Shown here piece by piece: positions 11,861 to 25,500 of a DNA stretch of 64,000 nt. The DNA is from Macrostomum lignano (taxonomy: Eukaryota). The stretch covers positions 186,296 to 250,295 of the forward strand of contig NIVC01000725.1 of NCBI GenBank assembly GCA_002269645.1, written 5' to 3'. Made by a program: the position numbers and the translations under genes. Numbering within the stretch: the stretch's first letter is position 1; the number at the start of each line of letters is the position of its first letter. The notes beneath the pieces are model-generated. The model was not told the origin of the DNA, did not search any database, and saw nothing but the letters and a program-made list of their open reading frames with translations.

Positions 11861-12984
11861 CCTCATCAGTACAAACTGACTTCGCAAATATTTCGTTAGT
11901 CTTCCGCTCCATTTTTTCGTGTACTTTCAGCTTCCCATTTCGTTCAGTGAGATCGGTAGCATCAGTTTTAAAGTGTCTTTGATCTTCTGTCTTTGAAAAC
12001 AGGATCTCATTAAAAACAATTGAAACAGAGAATTAATTTTTTTCCAATTTCAAAATTTGGCATAAGGTGGGAATGATTCATGAATGAGTTGAGATCGCCA
12101 TGGCCCTTACAGGTCATCCGTACAGTCCCACTTGGTCATGGCAATGAATGGACTTCGCAGTTCTAATTGCTTGTATTGCTTAAAGCCTCTTAAAAGAAAA
12201 GATTTTGTGATATCATGAAGAACTTCCCATTTCTATAGCTGTGGTACCGCATTATTTGTTTGCGCAAGCTCAACACATTAAGGATTTTTTGGCCTCGTGT
12301 AAACTCTGACTTGAAGTTCCGAGTTCTTTTAGCAGAATTACATCAAATTACCAGCATATTCATTAATTAATTATCCAGAATTCCAAAAATGATATTTCTA
12401 AACAGCCTTTGACAAATGCCAAGGTTTGTGCATTCAGATACAGTATATAGTTACTTCAAATGATAATTTAAAAAGAAAAGTGGCATGGTACCTTATAGTT
12501 GTTTTTTGGAATTATTAATAGTAGCGGATACGAACGTAAGCTTACTGAACTATAGCTAGAAATAATAATAGCTACTAAAAATTACCAGGAACAAATATAA
12601 CTTGAGCACAGTTTTAACACGAAACAATGCAACGGTTTACAAAAAAATTAAAACTTAACTTTGTATAATGCTTTCAAGATTATCTTCATTTTTTGATTAA
12701 AAATCAAGCAGGCTGGATAAAAACAGTAATGCGGTAAAACAAAAGTTAACATTAACTGATCCTTAACGAGGAAAACGTTAAAACACGGGATAGGGGGGGG
12801 GTCATCAAGACAATTTGCCGTTTTTCAGAAATGTTCAGTGCTTGCAGTTCAACATTTACTTATTATCATTGCAGGCCTGGTCTCGAGCCCGTAAACAGGC
12901 ATTATAGGGGCAAGGTCAATACGCAAGGTATTAAAATTTACTTTGATGGGAGTCTAACTTCAACCGCTGAGCTCTTCTGCCTCT

Positions 12985-13645
12985 TCACCTGCGCTCAGCC
13001 GGCAGCCGAAGCTCGAGCCAGCCGTCCTGCTTCAGGTTGGTGGTCATCCGGCTACTGTTAAAGCCCATCGGCAGCGGCGCTTCGAATTTGACATATCGAT
13101 GAAGCCGACGCCCGTCCAGCTGCCAATCGAGCCGTTTAGCGCGCACCAGCAGCCTTGCGTCGTCCTGCGTGACGCTGGCGCTGATGTCTTCCACGCCGAA
13201 GTCGCGCACGCTGACACGAATCTGCGGTGCAGTTGGGATGCAAATGGCAGTTCAGGTTTTACGACCCTCGCGATCTGACACCGATGAGACCCAAATTACA
13301 TGCTTTCATACTCTACCCAAAAGAATGGTCGAGACAATTCAACAGACAAACGTATCATCATCTTAGCCCCTCACCAGTAGAAAACGAGGTTGACCCGTCT
13401 CAGGATCCCGGACGGTCTCCATGGTGGACAGCGATGTCTGAGTTGAATGTCGATCCTCTTGGGCTCGCAATGGGGCCCGCACAATGAGCCAGCCATCTCT
13501 GGAGAATCGAGATTTCACATTTTGATTATCGGCCTCCCTGGGCAGGCACAGTGTGCGGCGAACTTCGGTGAGATCTTCGCCCAGCTGGCGCTTGGCGTGA
13601 ATGCGGATTAGCCGGCCGTCGACGCAAATCTGGATGTCCTCAGGC
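12985..13645 (-). CDS. Small heat-shock protein with two alpha-crystallin domains (p40-like); 3' two exons only
   Basis: Exon 13375-13645 (PEDIQICVDGRLIRIHAK...SRFSRDGWLIVRAP) splices in frame to exon 12985-13221 (IRVSVRDFGVEDISASV...LKQDGWLELRLP). Upstream exon(s) not resolved. Confidence 0.8.
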
Positions 13646-16595
13646 CTGTCAAGTGGGGGGGGGGGGCGGATTCCAACTCTTCTTTTTTAATACGGCTTGC
13701 TTGATCTTGAATGACTTAAATCCAATAAGTGTCAAACATGTTTTGTACTTTGGAACATTTTGATCCCTTAGTCTATATTTTTAGTAAATTTTCGGAACTT
13801 GCATGTGCACTTTAATCAAGCAAAATAGTTTTATGGCCTTTGATACAATACAATACATGTAAATATCCCAATTTAGCAGTAGATTGTAGAACTACAAAAG
13901 GGGGATTCACCCTGACAATTTTTTGCTGCGCCGGAACGAAGCAACGCAGGCGCACGAAATTCAAGAACACTTTTTGTTGCGCTGCACCAACTCTTAAACA
14001 AAAACCAAGTTGCCAGCCCTTCGGATCGTCAGATTATTTAACCATTATGCCAACCTCTACTGCTGGACATCCTCAGCTATAGTCCATAGTCCCCTGGTGT
14101 CATTTATGTTGAAGGTGCTGACGGCGTCGGAGTGATGATGGAATGCTTGAAAGACTAGCAGAGGATGCCCGGCAGTTGAGGTTTGCCCAATGTCGAGGCT
14201 TGATCACTGAAACTAGAGAAATTTGCAACAGTAGGGTGCCCTTAGTCACCTGGTGCTACCTGTTGAAGGTCCAGAAGCTCCACCTGGGTGAAAGCCAGTG
14301 ACCAAAGAAGTCAAAGCTGAAGCAGACACATGTGGTCGACGTGCTGATGAAATTTGGGGGCTTGGCAAGGCTGATTAGCGCACAGGGGTGCATTGAATGC
14401 ACTGGCGCTTATAGGAAGAATCTGACCTTCTGAGTGACAGAATCGCTGAATACCTCGACGGTCCGAAGGGCTGGCAACTTAATTCTTGTTTGAGAAGGTG
14501 TGCAGCAAAAATTTGGTCTGTATTCTTGAATTTCATGTACCTGCGTTGCTCCGTACCGGCGCAGCAAATTTTTTTCAAAATCTTCGTTTCGTGTTGGCTT
14601 TCTAATCCATCTAAAATGGCTTTCTATTCCTACTGATAAGCGGTTAGACTGGACCAGCTAAAAAAGTTTTTACCCTGGAATAACTAGCATGGTTTAGGCA
14701 CTAAAATTATAAGAAACTGCTCCGCCTACGCCTCTGGTCTGGCTCAATTAGATGCTTAATTAGCTGATCTGAGAAGTATCGTTCTGCAAGATAAGATACG
14801 AGAGTAAGATAATATAATATAAATAAGATAAGATAAGCTAAGACAAGATAAGATAAGATAAATTTTCGTTTTTCAGCCTTGCGCGCATGCGCTCGCAGAA
14901 CAGATAAATAAAAAGATATGATAAAAAATAAGATGGAGATGGAGATTTGATAAGATCTATTGTTGACTGCACATTCAATATAAATAACTTGAAGTTATTT
15001 AAGTAAAAAAGCAAAAAAAATTACCGAAAGTCCTGCAGCCGAACTGACTCACAAAAGTACGAATTAAAGTCTTCGTCCATACTAATTAATTGCCCTGCTT
15101 AAAAAATCCGAGCAAAACAAACTTTAAATAATAAAAAATAAGAACGCGGAAAAGCTGTCTAAAACTTATCGATCGATCGAGGATAAGTCCAATCGTCCTT
15201 ATAAGTCTTGGGGGACTCCGTCTTGCTTTAACGAAGACTTGCCAGATTAGTTGTAAAACTTCGCCCGGTCATGGCTTTGTCTAGGGCTTGGTTGGGTAAG
15301 AAAGGACACGCTTAGAGAGGTTCGGATCTAAGGCCTAAGGCCTCGGATCTAAGTGCTCTCATTGGCTGAGGGGAGAAAGGCCAGTTTCTCTGCCCTGCGT
15401 TGGCGTGAGTGTACATTTAATAACCCCCACCCCTCCCTCCGCTTTACTTGATCGCTTTTGTTTTTTCCAGTTAGACTCTGTGTGAGAGAAGCAAAGGCAT
15501 TTGTACGTGTAAAGGCAGAGCCAAAATGACGTTTTCTTCTGTCACTTCAGTCAGTCTGCAGTCACGTGTCTGCTGTTGTTTACGTCTCTCGTACAAATTA
15601 GTAAATTACGACACCAATTAATTGATAAGCTAGGCTTTTTATTATTGCATTTTTGACAGACTAACACTCGAGTGTTGGTAGTTTTTATTGTACTTGCAAG
15701 TACATTGCCTGCCTCTGCAAATATTTAAAAAGGGACTTAAGCTAACTATGTTAATTTCTAAGGCGGGTAAAAATTACATTAAGTGCGATAGTGGTCCCAG
15801 TTCCCGGATCCCGGATTTTGGAACTTCTATATGCTATACTAAAAGTGTTGCACATCGTTTTCAGAGTATTATACAACGCTAACGATTACTAATGACTGAA
15901 GAAGTTCTAAGAAGTTCTTTGAACCGTGCGCCATGAGAAAAAATCAACCATAGTATTTTTACATTTCGGTATTCTTTGCGTTTTTCATTTTCGCGAACGG
16001 CCCAAGCATTGTAAGCGAAACAAAAGTGATGATAGGTTTGCTCGATTCTTGCATACCATGCAGTTGCAGTTCGGCTATGTATAGCCAAATGCCAATTTAT
16101 CCCATTGCTCTACTTTTCCATGCGCTGCGTTCTGTTTATAACAGTTCCGTCAATGCCTACATGCCTACATCCTATATGTTGAAACTTGAAACCATTCCCT
16201 GCTGTCAAATGGCTGGTGACGAATGTACGCAGAAGCAGAGTTGACCGAGTTGACACGCTCAGCAATGTTTACGAAAAAAATTTCTGTTTCCATAGAAAAA
16301 TTAACAATCTAAAAATTATTGTCTGAAAACTTGGTTGAAAATATGAATTTAATCCCGAATTGTTAACTTTATTTTAATGGACGGAGAGAGGGGAAATTTA
16401 ATGGAATCGCTATCTAACAAAAAATATCATCACAATTAAAAAAACGGTCTTACATAATAAAATAAATAACAATAAAACATGGATTAAAAATCACAAAAAA
16501 TTTCGATAGCTAAAATCGTTCAAAAAATAGACACCACACGAGCAACAAAAAGCACAGTCGCAAAGGCCGCAGTCAGCTAGATCCGGCTCGATCTT

Positions 16596-19500
16596 CTAGG
16601 CGATGCCGCTCAATTGGCTGAACAGCCTGCAGGCGGCAGCGTAGAGCAGGCGGTACTGCTCCAGGCTCACCCGGGCCCCGGTCTGTCTGGCGATGCCCTG
16701 CACCAGCTCGGGAAGGGAGACCGCCGGCCGCTGCTGCTGTAAAATGGTTAATTAATAAATGCATGTATGACAGTCCTACTGGTAAACTCTTTTTCGATAC
16801 ATATCGGCATGCTTAAGATATGGCTGGTGAATCGCAGGACAATCCACCGGGAAATTTTTGTGCAAGAGCCGTAAGGTCTGGACGTTTTACCACTGAGTTT
16901 CTCTGAGCAATAGCCAATGTCACCAAGTTAATGGAGCATAAAATGGTACTTGAGACTGATCCTGCAGCCACGTGTCGATTCAGGCTTTTCTCAGGAGAGG
17001 AACAGCTGATTTGGATTTTCGGCCTCTCAAAAGGGTCTTATTGACCTAATTTCATTTGTTTCGCTTCAAACTCTTTTCAAACTTTCAACAAATATAAACA
17101 CTTGCTTCCTATGTATAAAAATACTTTCCGGAGTTAAAAAAGTCAGCCCAAGGACAACTAAAGCAACGTATATACAGGACGCGACACTCAGGTTTTACGG
17201 AAAAAGTTTTGAAGGCCACTTTTCGCCGAAAAATACACTACGGAGATAGGAAGTTTTCATTTTTTCAGCAAAATAAATCGTTATTGCTTTCGATAGGAGG
17301 CAGAGGTCAGCAAATAATGGCTTTAGTAGTCCTTGTGTCACCCTAGTTCTAGTCGAATACACAACAACTATGCATAAATGCACACTGCTAGTTTAGAAGG
17401 TGAGAAATTGACACAGCTAAGTGCTAAAATTGGAAAATTCCTATGCAGCCAGCGCATTTTCGAAGTGAAATTGGGCCTTTCAAAAAGCTCGCCAATTTTG
17501 AAGAGTCCCACCCTCTTACTAAACCATTAGTCATCCCAATTATCCTAATATTTATTTTTCAATCAATTGCATAACACTCCAACTAAAACTCTTGAAATAA
17601 GCATGAGGAATACCAGCTTCCAAAAAGGTTTTACACGGTGCCTAAAAACGCATTGGACCGAAATCCTGGCCTGTCAAGTCAGATCGAATTAACCTCCCAA
17701 CCAGAGTATAGGAAAACAAGAATTCTGTCGCCTGTGGCCTGATTAGCAATCTGCATTAATAAAATCTAGCCGTGGCTCCGGGGATTGAAGCGTATGAGGG
17801 CTGCATGGCCCCATAAATTTGGCAGCACAGCCGCTGGGGGGGGGGGGGGGGGCAGGGGGCGTCACAACCCGAAACGAAGTGATGCGAGCTGGCAAGCAAG
17901 ACCCATTCGAGAAAGTATCGAACAGCAGCACACACAGCTCGTGGAATCCAAGGGCTGGAAGGATCCCGAAACTCGTTGCTTCTCGTGTTAGTGGAAATCG
18001 ATTAATATCCTAGAAGCTGCTCAGTGTCCACTTGGCAGGTCAGGAATAAACCTTTTCAGAAAAAAAGTAAAAAAAGGTCGCATACTATTCTAGGTTTTGA
18101 AAATGTTATGTCATTTGGTATAATTGAGGTCTCAAATTCGAAATTCCAGAATTTCGAATCATAATGTCATAATGTAATCAAAATCATAATGTAATCAAAT
18201 CAAATCAAATGTAAAATCATTGGCAAATCTAGCACTTTAAAAATTGGGACAGGAGGGTAACCCAGTTTGGAAGATAACAGAGCAAAAGTCCTAGCTACAC
18301 TACTCTGTTAAGGCATACATTTCGATTTCTATTTATAAATAAAAATTCTTCCTGGGTCAGAAAGATGGTTGGCAAGAACTGTGGGCGTGAGGTGGCTGCA
18401 GAACGGAGGGTCCGGATTGGATAGGACAGGGTGTGAGGTAGCTGCAGAACGGAGGGTCCGGATTGGATAAGACAGGGTGTGAGGTAGCTGCAGAACGGAG
18501 GGTCCGGATTGGATAGGACAGGGTGTGAGGTAGCTGCAGAACGGAGGGTCTGGATTGGATAGGACAGGGTGTGAGGTAGCTGCAGAACGGAGGGTCCGGA
18601 TTGGATAGGACAGGGTGTGAGGTAGCTGCAGAACGGAGGGTCCGGATTGGATAGGACAGGGTGTGAGGTAGCTGCAGAACGGAGGGTCTGGATTGGATAG
18701 GACAGGGTGTGAGGTAGCTGCAGAACGGAGGGTCCGGATTGGATAAGACAGGGTGTGAGGTAGCTGCAGAATGGAGGGTCCGGATTGGATAGGACAGGGT
18801 GTGAGGTAGCTGCAGAATGGAGGGTCTGGATTGGATAGGACAGGGTGTGAGGTAGCTGCAGAACGGAGGGTCCGGATTGGATAAGACAGGGTGTGAGGTA
18901 GCTGCAGAACGGAGGGTCCGGATTGGATAGGACAGGGTGTGAGGTAGCTGCAGAACGGAGGGTCCGGATTGGATAGGACAGGGTGTGAGGTGGCTGCAAA
19001 ACGGAGGGTCCGGATTGGATAGGACAGGGTGTGAGGTAGCTGCAGAACGGAGGGTCCGGATTGGATAGGACAGGGTGTGAGGTGGCTGCAAAACGGAGAG
19101 TCCGGATTGGATAGGACAGGGTGTGAGGAGTGCACAGGGAATGGATGTGACTGTAGAATAGGATTTTATTGGACAAGACAGGGAGTAAGGTAAGTTCTGG
19201 GGAATGACGTGGCTGTAGAACGGTGGGTTTTGCTTTGATAGGACAATGGGGAAGTGGGCTGGGTCAGGTCGATGCACTTACCATCGCTGCCTCGCCGTCC
19301 ACATCGCCGTCGCTCACGCCATCAACGAGCAGCAGCGCGCCGGCCTCCAGCGAAGCCATCAGGTGGGTCAGGGCCAGGCACACGGCTGCCATACCATCAA
19401 ATTTTCTTCGACCACCTGGCTGACCGACCGCCACGGTGGACACCAGTAACGGCGGCGAGTGCTGCGTCGTTGGTGTCCGGCTAACACCGCCACCGGGCAG

Positions 19501-22500
19501 GGCACCAGCCAGCTGCCAGGCGCAGGCGGCGGCGGCGGCTAAATCGGCGGCGGCTGCGCGCAACCGGACGCCGTCGACGGACGGCAGCGGAGTAGAGAAG
19601 TCGACGGCGAGGGGTTGGACAACAAATAGGCGGGAGGGGATTCGGCCGCCGGGCCGGCGAATGCGAAGGCAGTGGAGCGCGAAGTCGCGGTAGTTGCGGC
19701 ACTCGAGGAGTTGGACGACCAGCTCGTCTGGCGGCGGGATTTGAGGTTAGTGGAGTTGAGGATTTGGAGTGACAGCTTCCAGGATACGGAGTGACAGATG
19801 CTAAGATACGGAATGACAGGTTCTAAGATACGGAGTGACAGATGCTAAGATACGGAATGACAGATGCTAAGATACGGAGTGACAGATTGTAGGATATGGA
19901 GTGACAGATTGTCAGATGTGTAGTGATAGGTTCTTGAAGGGCAGAGATAAGTTTAAAATATCAAGGCTAAGTCAACACAGAGCATTTTAAGCATACACCA
20001 GGAAAAGTAAAACTCGCACCTTTGCCCTCGCCGTAGCCGACTTCGTCTCCGGGTCTCTGCGGCCACAAATTCACTGCATCGCTGGCTGACGCGAGCAGCC
20101 AGAGGACCCCGCAGCCCGAGTCAGCTACCCGGCGCCAAAACTCGCGCCGTCGCTCAGCAGAGGCCGCCGGGGGCGCCAGCATCGCCGGGTAGCCCCGCTG
20201 GAGTCGTCGCTGCTGGCCGCTCAGCGTCACAGTTATCGGCCCGATGTCGTCTGCACCCGGACCAGCGTCGGCACCTTCAATGGCGGCGAAGTCGGCTTCA
20301 ACCTGGGCGAACTCGGCGCCAAGTCTCGGCGCGCTGCCTGCCAGCGCTTCGAGCCGCGCCAAAGTCCGTCTGGATGCCGCCGAGGCCGACCCATCGAGCG
20401 CGTAGACGGAGCCGGCGCTCACGCGTGGCCGGTGCAGTCCCGCGGCGTCCACGTCGTTTTGGTGCAGCTCCGACAGCGGCGCTGCGCTCAGCAGCAGGTG
20501 CCCTGCAGTCAGCGGTTGCCGCTGCTTGTCGCCTCCAGCGACGGGCGTTGACCTGTCCGACGCGGACGCCGACGCCATCGAGGCACGCCGGTCCGCGGCT
20601 GCGGCCATCGCGATGGACGCCGCCGCAGTCGGAAGAGTAGCGTCTCCATCGTCGACAATGACGCCGGCCTCCGCCAGTTCCTCAGGCGCGAAGATGCCGC
20701 TGGACTCCATGATCGACGTGTCGGCGTCGTCCTGGGCGAGGATTGGGCATTGGATTGGAGATCGCGGGATGTGGATTGGGAACCTTTGGGATGTGGATTG
20801 GGAACCTTTGGGATGTGGATTGGGAACCTTTGGGATGTGGATTGGGAACCTTTGGGATGTGGATTGGGAACCTTTGGGATGTGGATTGGGAACCTTTGGG
20901 ATGTGGATTGGGAACCTTTGGGATGTGGATTGGGAACCTTTGGGATGTGGATTGGGAACCTTTGGGATGTGGATTGGGAACCTTTGGGATGTGGATTAGG
21001 GATAGTGGGATGTAAATTAGGGATCATGGGATCTGGATTGGGGATCATGGGATTTGGATTGGGGATCATGGGATTCGGATTGGAATCCGACGGATCTGGG
21101 ATTCAGAAAAATGTCTCTGGGATTCGGGATGTCGTTTTGAATCAGATTTGAAACTTACCAAGGCATAGCTGGGTGGAGTATCAAGACAGGAGATTGCGAA
21201 GCACATTTTACTATGGGACTATTCGTTGGGGATTAGGAATTAGGAATCAGATCGCTCACCCGGGACGTGAGGGACTCGATCTCCGTCTCCTCGGAAATCC
21301 GGTTGTCGCCGCCCGACCCCGGCAGACCCAGCGAACCGCGGGTCAGGGTCAGGTCAATCTCGTCAAGGTGGTCGCACTGGCGTAGCATTTCATTCACCTG
21401 CAATGGGGCGAAGTGGAGCAATTAGAGCAATCAGCTGCCCCACCGTCCGCCTACCGAGCGCCCCAACATCCGCCTACCGAGCGCCCCACCATCCGCCCAC
21501 CGTCCGTCTGCCCATCCGCCCACCGTCCGCCCCACCATCCGCCTACCGTCCGCCTACCGTCTGCCCCACCATCCGCCCACCGTCCGCCCACACACCTGTT
21601 CCATGCTCGCCCCAGCGCTCAGATCGCAGTCTCCAACCCGCAGCAGACGGTCGCCAATTCTAACAGAAGCCAGGGCGGGCGGCGCCTCCCCGTCTGCGGT
21701 CGGCAGGACAGCCAGCACGCAGACGCCGCCACTGGGCAAGTCGCCAAGCTGCAGTGGCAGCGGTCGGGAGCCGTCAGCTTCTCGCGGCAGCGGCACCAGC
21801 ACTGAGTAGGCAGCCGCCGACTGCGGCAGGTACGGCGACCTTAATTAGGCAGGTTGGGTGAACTGGGGTTGTGGGTGAATTGGGGTGGTGGGTGAATTGG
21901 GGTGGTGGGTGGATTGGGGTGGTGGGTGGATTGGGGTGGTGGTGAATTGGGGTGGTGGGTGGATTGGGGTGGTGGGTGGATTGGGGTGGTGGGGTATTTA
22001 GGGTGGTGGGTGAATTGGTGTTGTGGGTGGATTAGGGTAATGGGTGGATTGGGGGTGGGTGGGTGAATTGGGGTGGTGGGTGAATTGGGGTGGTGGGTGA
22101 ATTGGTGTTGTGGGTGAATTGAGGTGGTGGGTGAATTGAGGTGGTGGGTGGATTGGGGTGGTGGGGTATTTAGGGTGGTGGGTGAATTGGTGTTGTGGGT
22201 GGATTGGGGTAATGGGTGGATTGGGGGTGGGTGGGTGAATTGGGGTGGTGGGTGAATTGGGGTGGTGGGTGAATTGGTGTTGTGGGTGAATTGAGGTGGT
22301 GGGTGAATTGAGGTGGTGGGTGGATTGGGGTGGTGGGTGGATTGGGGTGGTGGGGTATTTAGGGTGGTGGGTGAATTGGTGTTGTGGGTGGATTGGGGTA
22401 ATGGGTGGATTGGGGGTGGGTGGGTGAATTGGGGTGGTGGGGTATTTGAGGTGGTGGGTGAATAGGGTCGCGGGTGAAATGGGCCTAGAAAGCCTAGAAA

Positions 22501-25500
22501 GCCCACCTGGTCGCAATGCTGATTCCCACACCAGTGCTGCCGTCGTCGCTGAATGAGTCGCCGGCCTCGGAGCCGGTGGCGCCGCTGACAGCCGCCGCGG
22601 CCTCCGTCTCGTCCTCCTCTAGGATCTCCTCGTCGTCGGTTGGCGCGGGGTCGAACTCGCGCAGCACGCGGATCCGAACGCGGCGCGGGGCGGCCCGCAG
22701 CGCCTCCACGCAGTCCTCGTGACGCATCCGGGATACGTCGGTGTCGTTGACGGCCAGCAGGCGGTCGCCCGGGCGGAGAACCCCGTCTGACAGGGCCGGG
22801 TCGCGCACGATGCTGCGGATGTAGCAGCCGCCCGTGGTGTCCTGGCCGCCTGCGACCAGGAAGCCCAGGCCGCCGCCGCTGACCTCGTCCTGCATGAGGA
22901 TGAATGAGAATGCGCTTGAGTACAGACCAACACAGACATTGAGCACTGCAGACCTTGAGCATCACAGACCTTGAGCATCACAGACCTTGAACATCAAGGA
23001 AATGAAAAGCCCACAGCTTTAGGCCAGGACACTTTGTACAATTGAAATCAGCACACACCTTGTACAGCACCATCACACACCTTGTACAGCACCATCACAC
23101 ACCTTGTACAGCACCATCACACACCTTGTACAGCACCATCACACACCTTGTACAGCACCATCACACACCTTGTACAGCACCATCACACAACTTGTACAGC
23201 ACCATCACACACCTTGTACAGCACCATCACACACCTTGTACAGCACCATCACACACCTTGTACAACACCAGCACACACCTTGTACAGCACAGTCTCCACC
23301 AAGCCAGGCGCCTCCTTGGCGTCGATCTCAGCCAACCGTCGGGTCATTCGATCGATCAGCGAGTCCTCGTCTATCGACGTAGACAGCCGCAGAGAGTCAG
23401 TGGTCGGCGCACCTGCCGCCGACGCCTCCTCAGTGGGCTCTGGGCTGAGCAGCAGTGGCACCCGGGGCGTGCGATGTACAACCGCATGGGACTCGGCGCC
23501 GACCGCAGCATGGCAACAATGTCGCCGTGGCTCCGGCCGTACACCGGCTGATCGGCGATCTCCAGCAGCAGGTCGCCCTCCCGCAGCAGCCGCTGCACGG
23601 ACTCGTGGCTGTGCTCCAGCACGCGCTTCACTCGGCCAAAGTGGCGCAGCGTCGAAACTCCGGCAAGGCCGTCGTCAGAAGAGACGCTGTCCCCGGCGCC
23701 AGATGTTGAGATGCCGGGATGGTAGCCGCCTGACACCTGCCCGGTATGATAGATTTCATTAATTTTCTAATCAAAAAGTTTGTGAATAATTCATAAGAAG
23801 ATGGCCAGATGCCAACTTTTTAAAAGCAAAGAGCAAAGAATCATTTACTAGTATATAGATAACCATAGGGAAATTATCGATGACGTAATTTGCTATTTTT
23901 AGAACGAAACATCCATTCTATTTTTAGCTACAAAAAGGTCAATTTCATGATGACGTAAGTTGCTATTTTTAGAACGAAAAAGCTATTCTATTTTTAGCTA
24001 CAGATGGGTCAATTTTATGATGATGTAAGTTGCTATTTTTAGTTATAGACCAATCAATAGATGATGACTTATATTGCTAGTTTTAGAAGAAGAAAAACTG
24101 CATTTTTCAACCGGCCTAATAAATCAGTACCTGAATGCCCACACTGCCACCGTCGGTCTTGTACACCGTAACCGGCAGGCAGTCGCAGTGGCTACTCAGC
24201 TGGGGGAAGGCCTCTTCAAGCCGTTTCCGGCCGGCCAGAACGGAGGCCGAGTCCAGCAGGCTGGAGTCCGGCGAGCCGACGCTGACGCCGACGCCTCCGC
24301 TGCCAACGCCGCCGAGGCTGTCACCGCCGTCTTCCGTTGTTGTCGGACTATCGGGCGGCGGCGGCAGCGCCTCGGGCGGCTGCGAGGACTGGCCGCGCTG
24401 CAGGTGGAACACGGAGATCTCCGGGGCGGACAGCAGCGTCTCCATGGCAACCTTGTGCGTCACCCGTTCCAAGCTGACGCTGTTCACCCACAGTATTTTG
24501 TCGTTGATACGCAATCGGGCGTCCAGATCGGCGGCGCCGCCTTTGGCGATGGACTTCACGTAGATGGCGCCACCCTCCAGGTTGGTGTTGGTGCCACCCT
24601 GCAGATGATTGATGGGGCTTCTATCTAACTTCATTGCAAGCCCAACCAGTTAGAATAAGTTTCGCATTCTTTACTTTTTTACTGTACGTCTTATTCTAAG
24701 AAAATTGCCACTCACCCAGACGTAAAAGCCGAAGCTGTCGTCCTTCTTCCTCAGCGTGACCTTGAACCGGTCGCCGGGCAGCAGGTCCCGGACGCCGCCG
24801 CTGCTCACTCGGCTGAGCTGAGAAGCTTTCCTATCCAGCTCCAGCTGGTGCCTGCTCTTCACGATGATCGTGTCCTGCGTGGAGGCCGTGCCCTCCGAGG
24901 AGCCTGGCGCAGTATGGGGGTTGGCGGACTGTGAAGAGTCACTTAATCACTCATTTACTCATTTACTCACTCACTCATTCACTCTCTCATTCATTCACTC
25001 ACTCACTCACTTACTCACTCGCTCAATCACTGACTCGCTCACTCAATCACTCACTTATTCACTCACTTAATTAGTCAATCACTCACTCACTCACTCACTC
25101 ACTTGCTCACTCAATCACTCACTCACTCACTCACTCACTCACTCACTCACTCACTCACTCACTCACTCACTCACTCACTTACTCGCTCACTCACTCACTC
25201 GCTCACTCACACTCACTCACTCACTCACTCACTCACTCACTTCACTCACTCACTGACTCACTCATTCGCATTCGCTCACTCACCGCCATCATCGTCGCCC
25301 GGCCCGGCCACGGCAGGCGTGACAGTGAAGGTGGGCAGCGTGGGATTGGAGGCCCATCGCCGCCCGCTGCCGCCAGCCCCCGGAGTCAGTTTAGTCGGCG
25401 ACGCGGAAGTTGCAATCTGCGGCGGCGGCGGCCGGAGCGGCGGCACCGGCTTCGTGAACGCAAAGCCGACGGCGCCCGCCATCTCCTGGTCCTCGGCGCC

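Noticed and set aside
14881-14892. NRF1-like GCGCATGCGC amid GATAA repeats as sHSP promoter
   Set aside because: It is a single short motif, and with the sHSP 5' exons unresolved it cannot be linked to a TSS.
15895-15925. Heat-shock element for the sHSP gene
   Set aside because: The GAA/TTC spacing is 1 nt rather than the canonical nGAAnnTTCn.
18295-19277. Long ORFs in the ORF track (also 21841-22965, 33997-34350, 36644-37589, 40338-41553, 44465-45464, 48740-50286, 57668-58369)
   Set aside because: They are stop-free translations of tandem repeats within introns or on the antisense strand.
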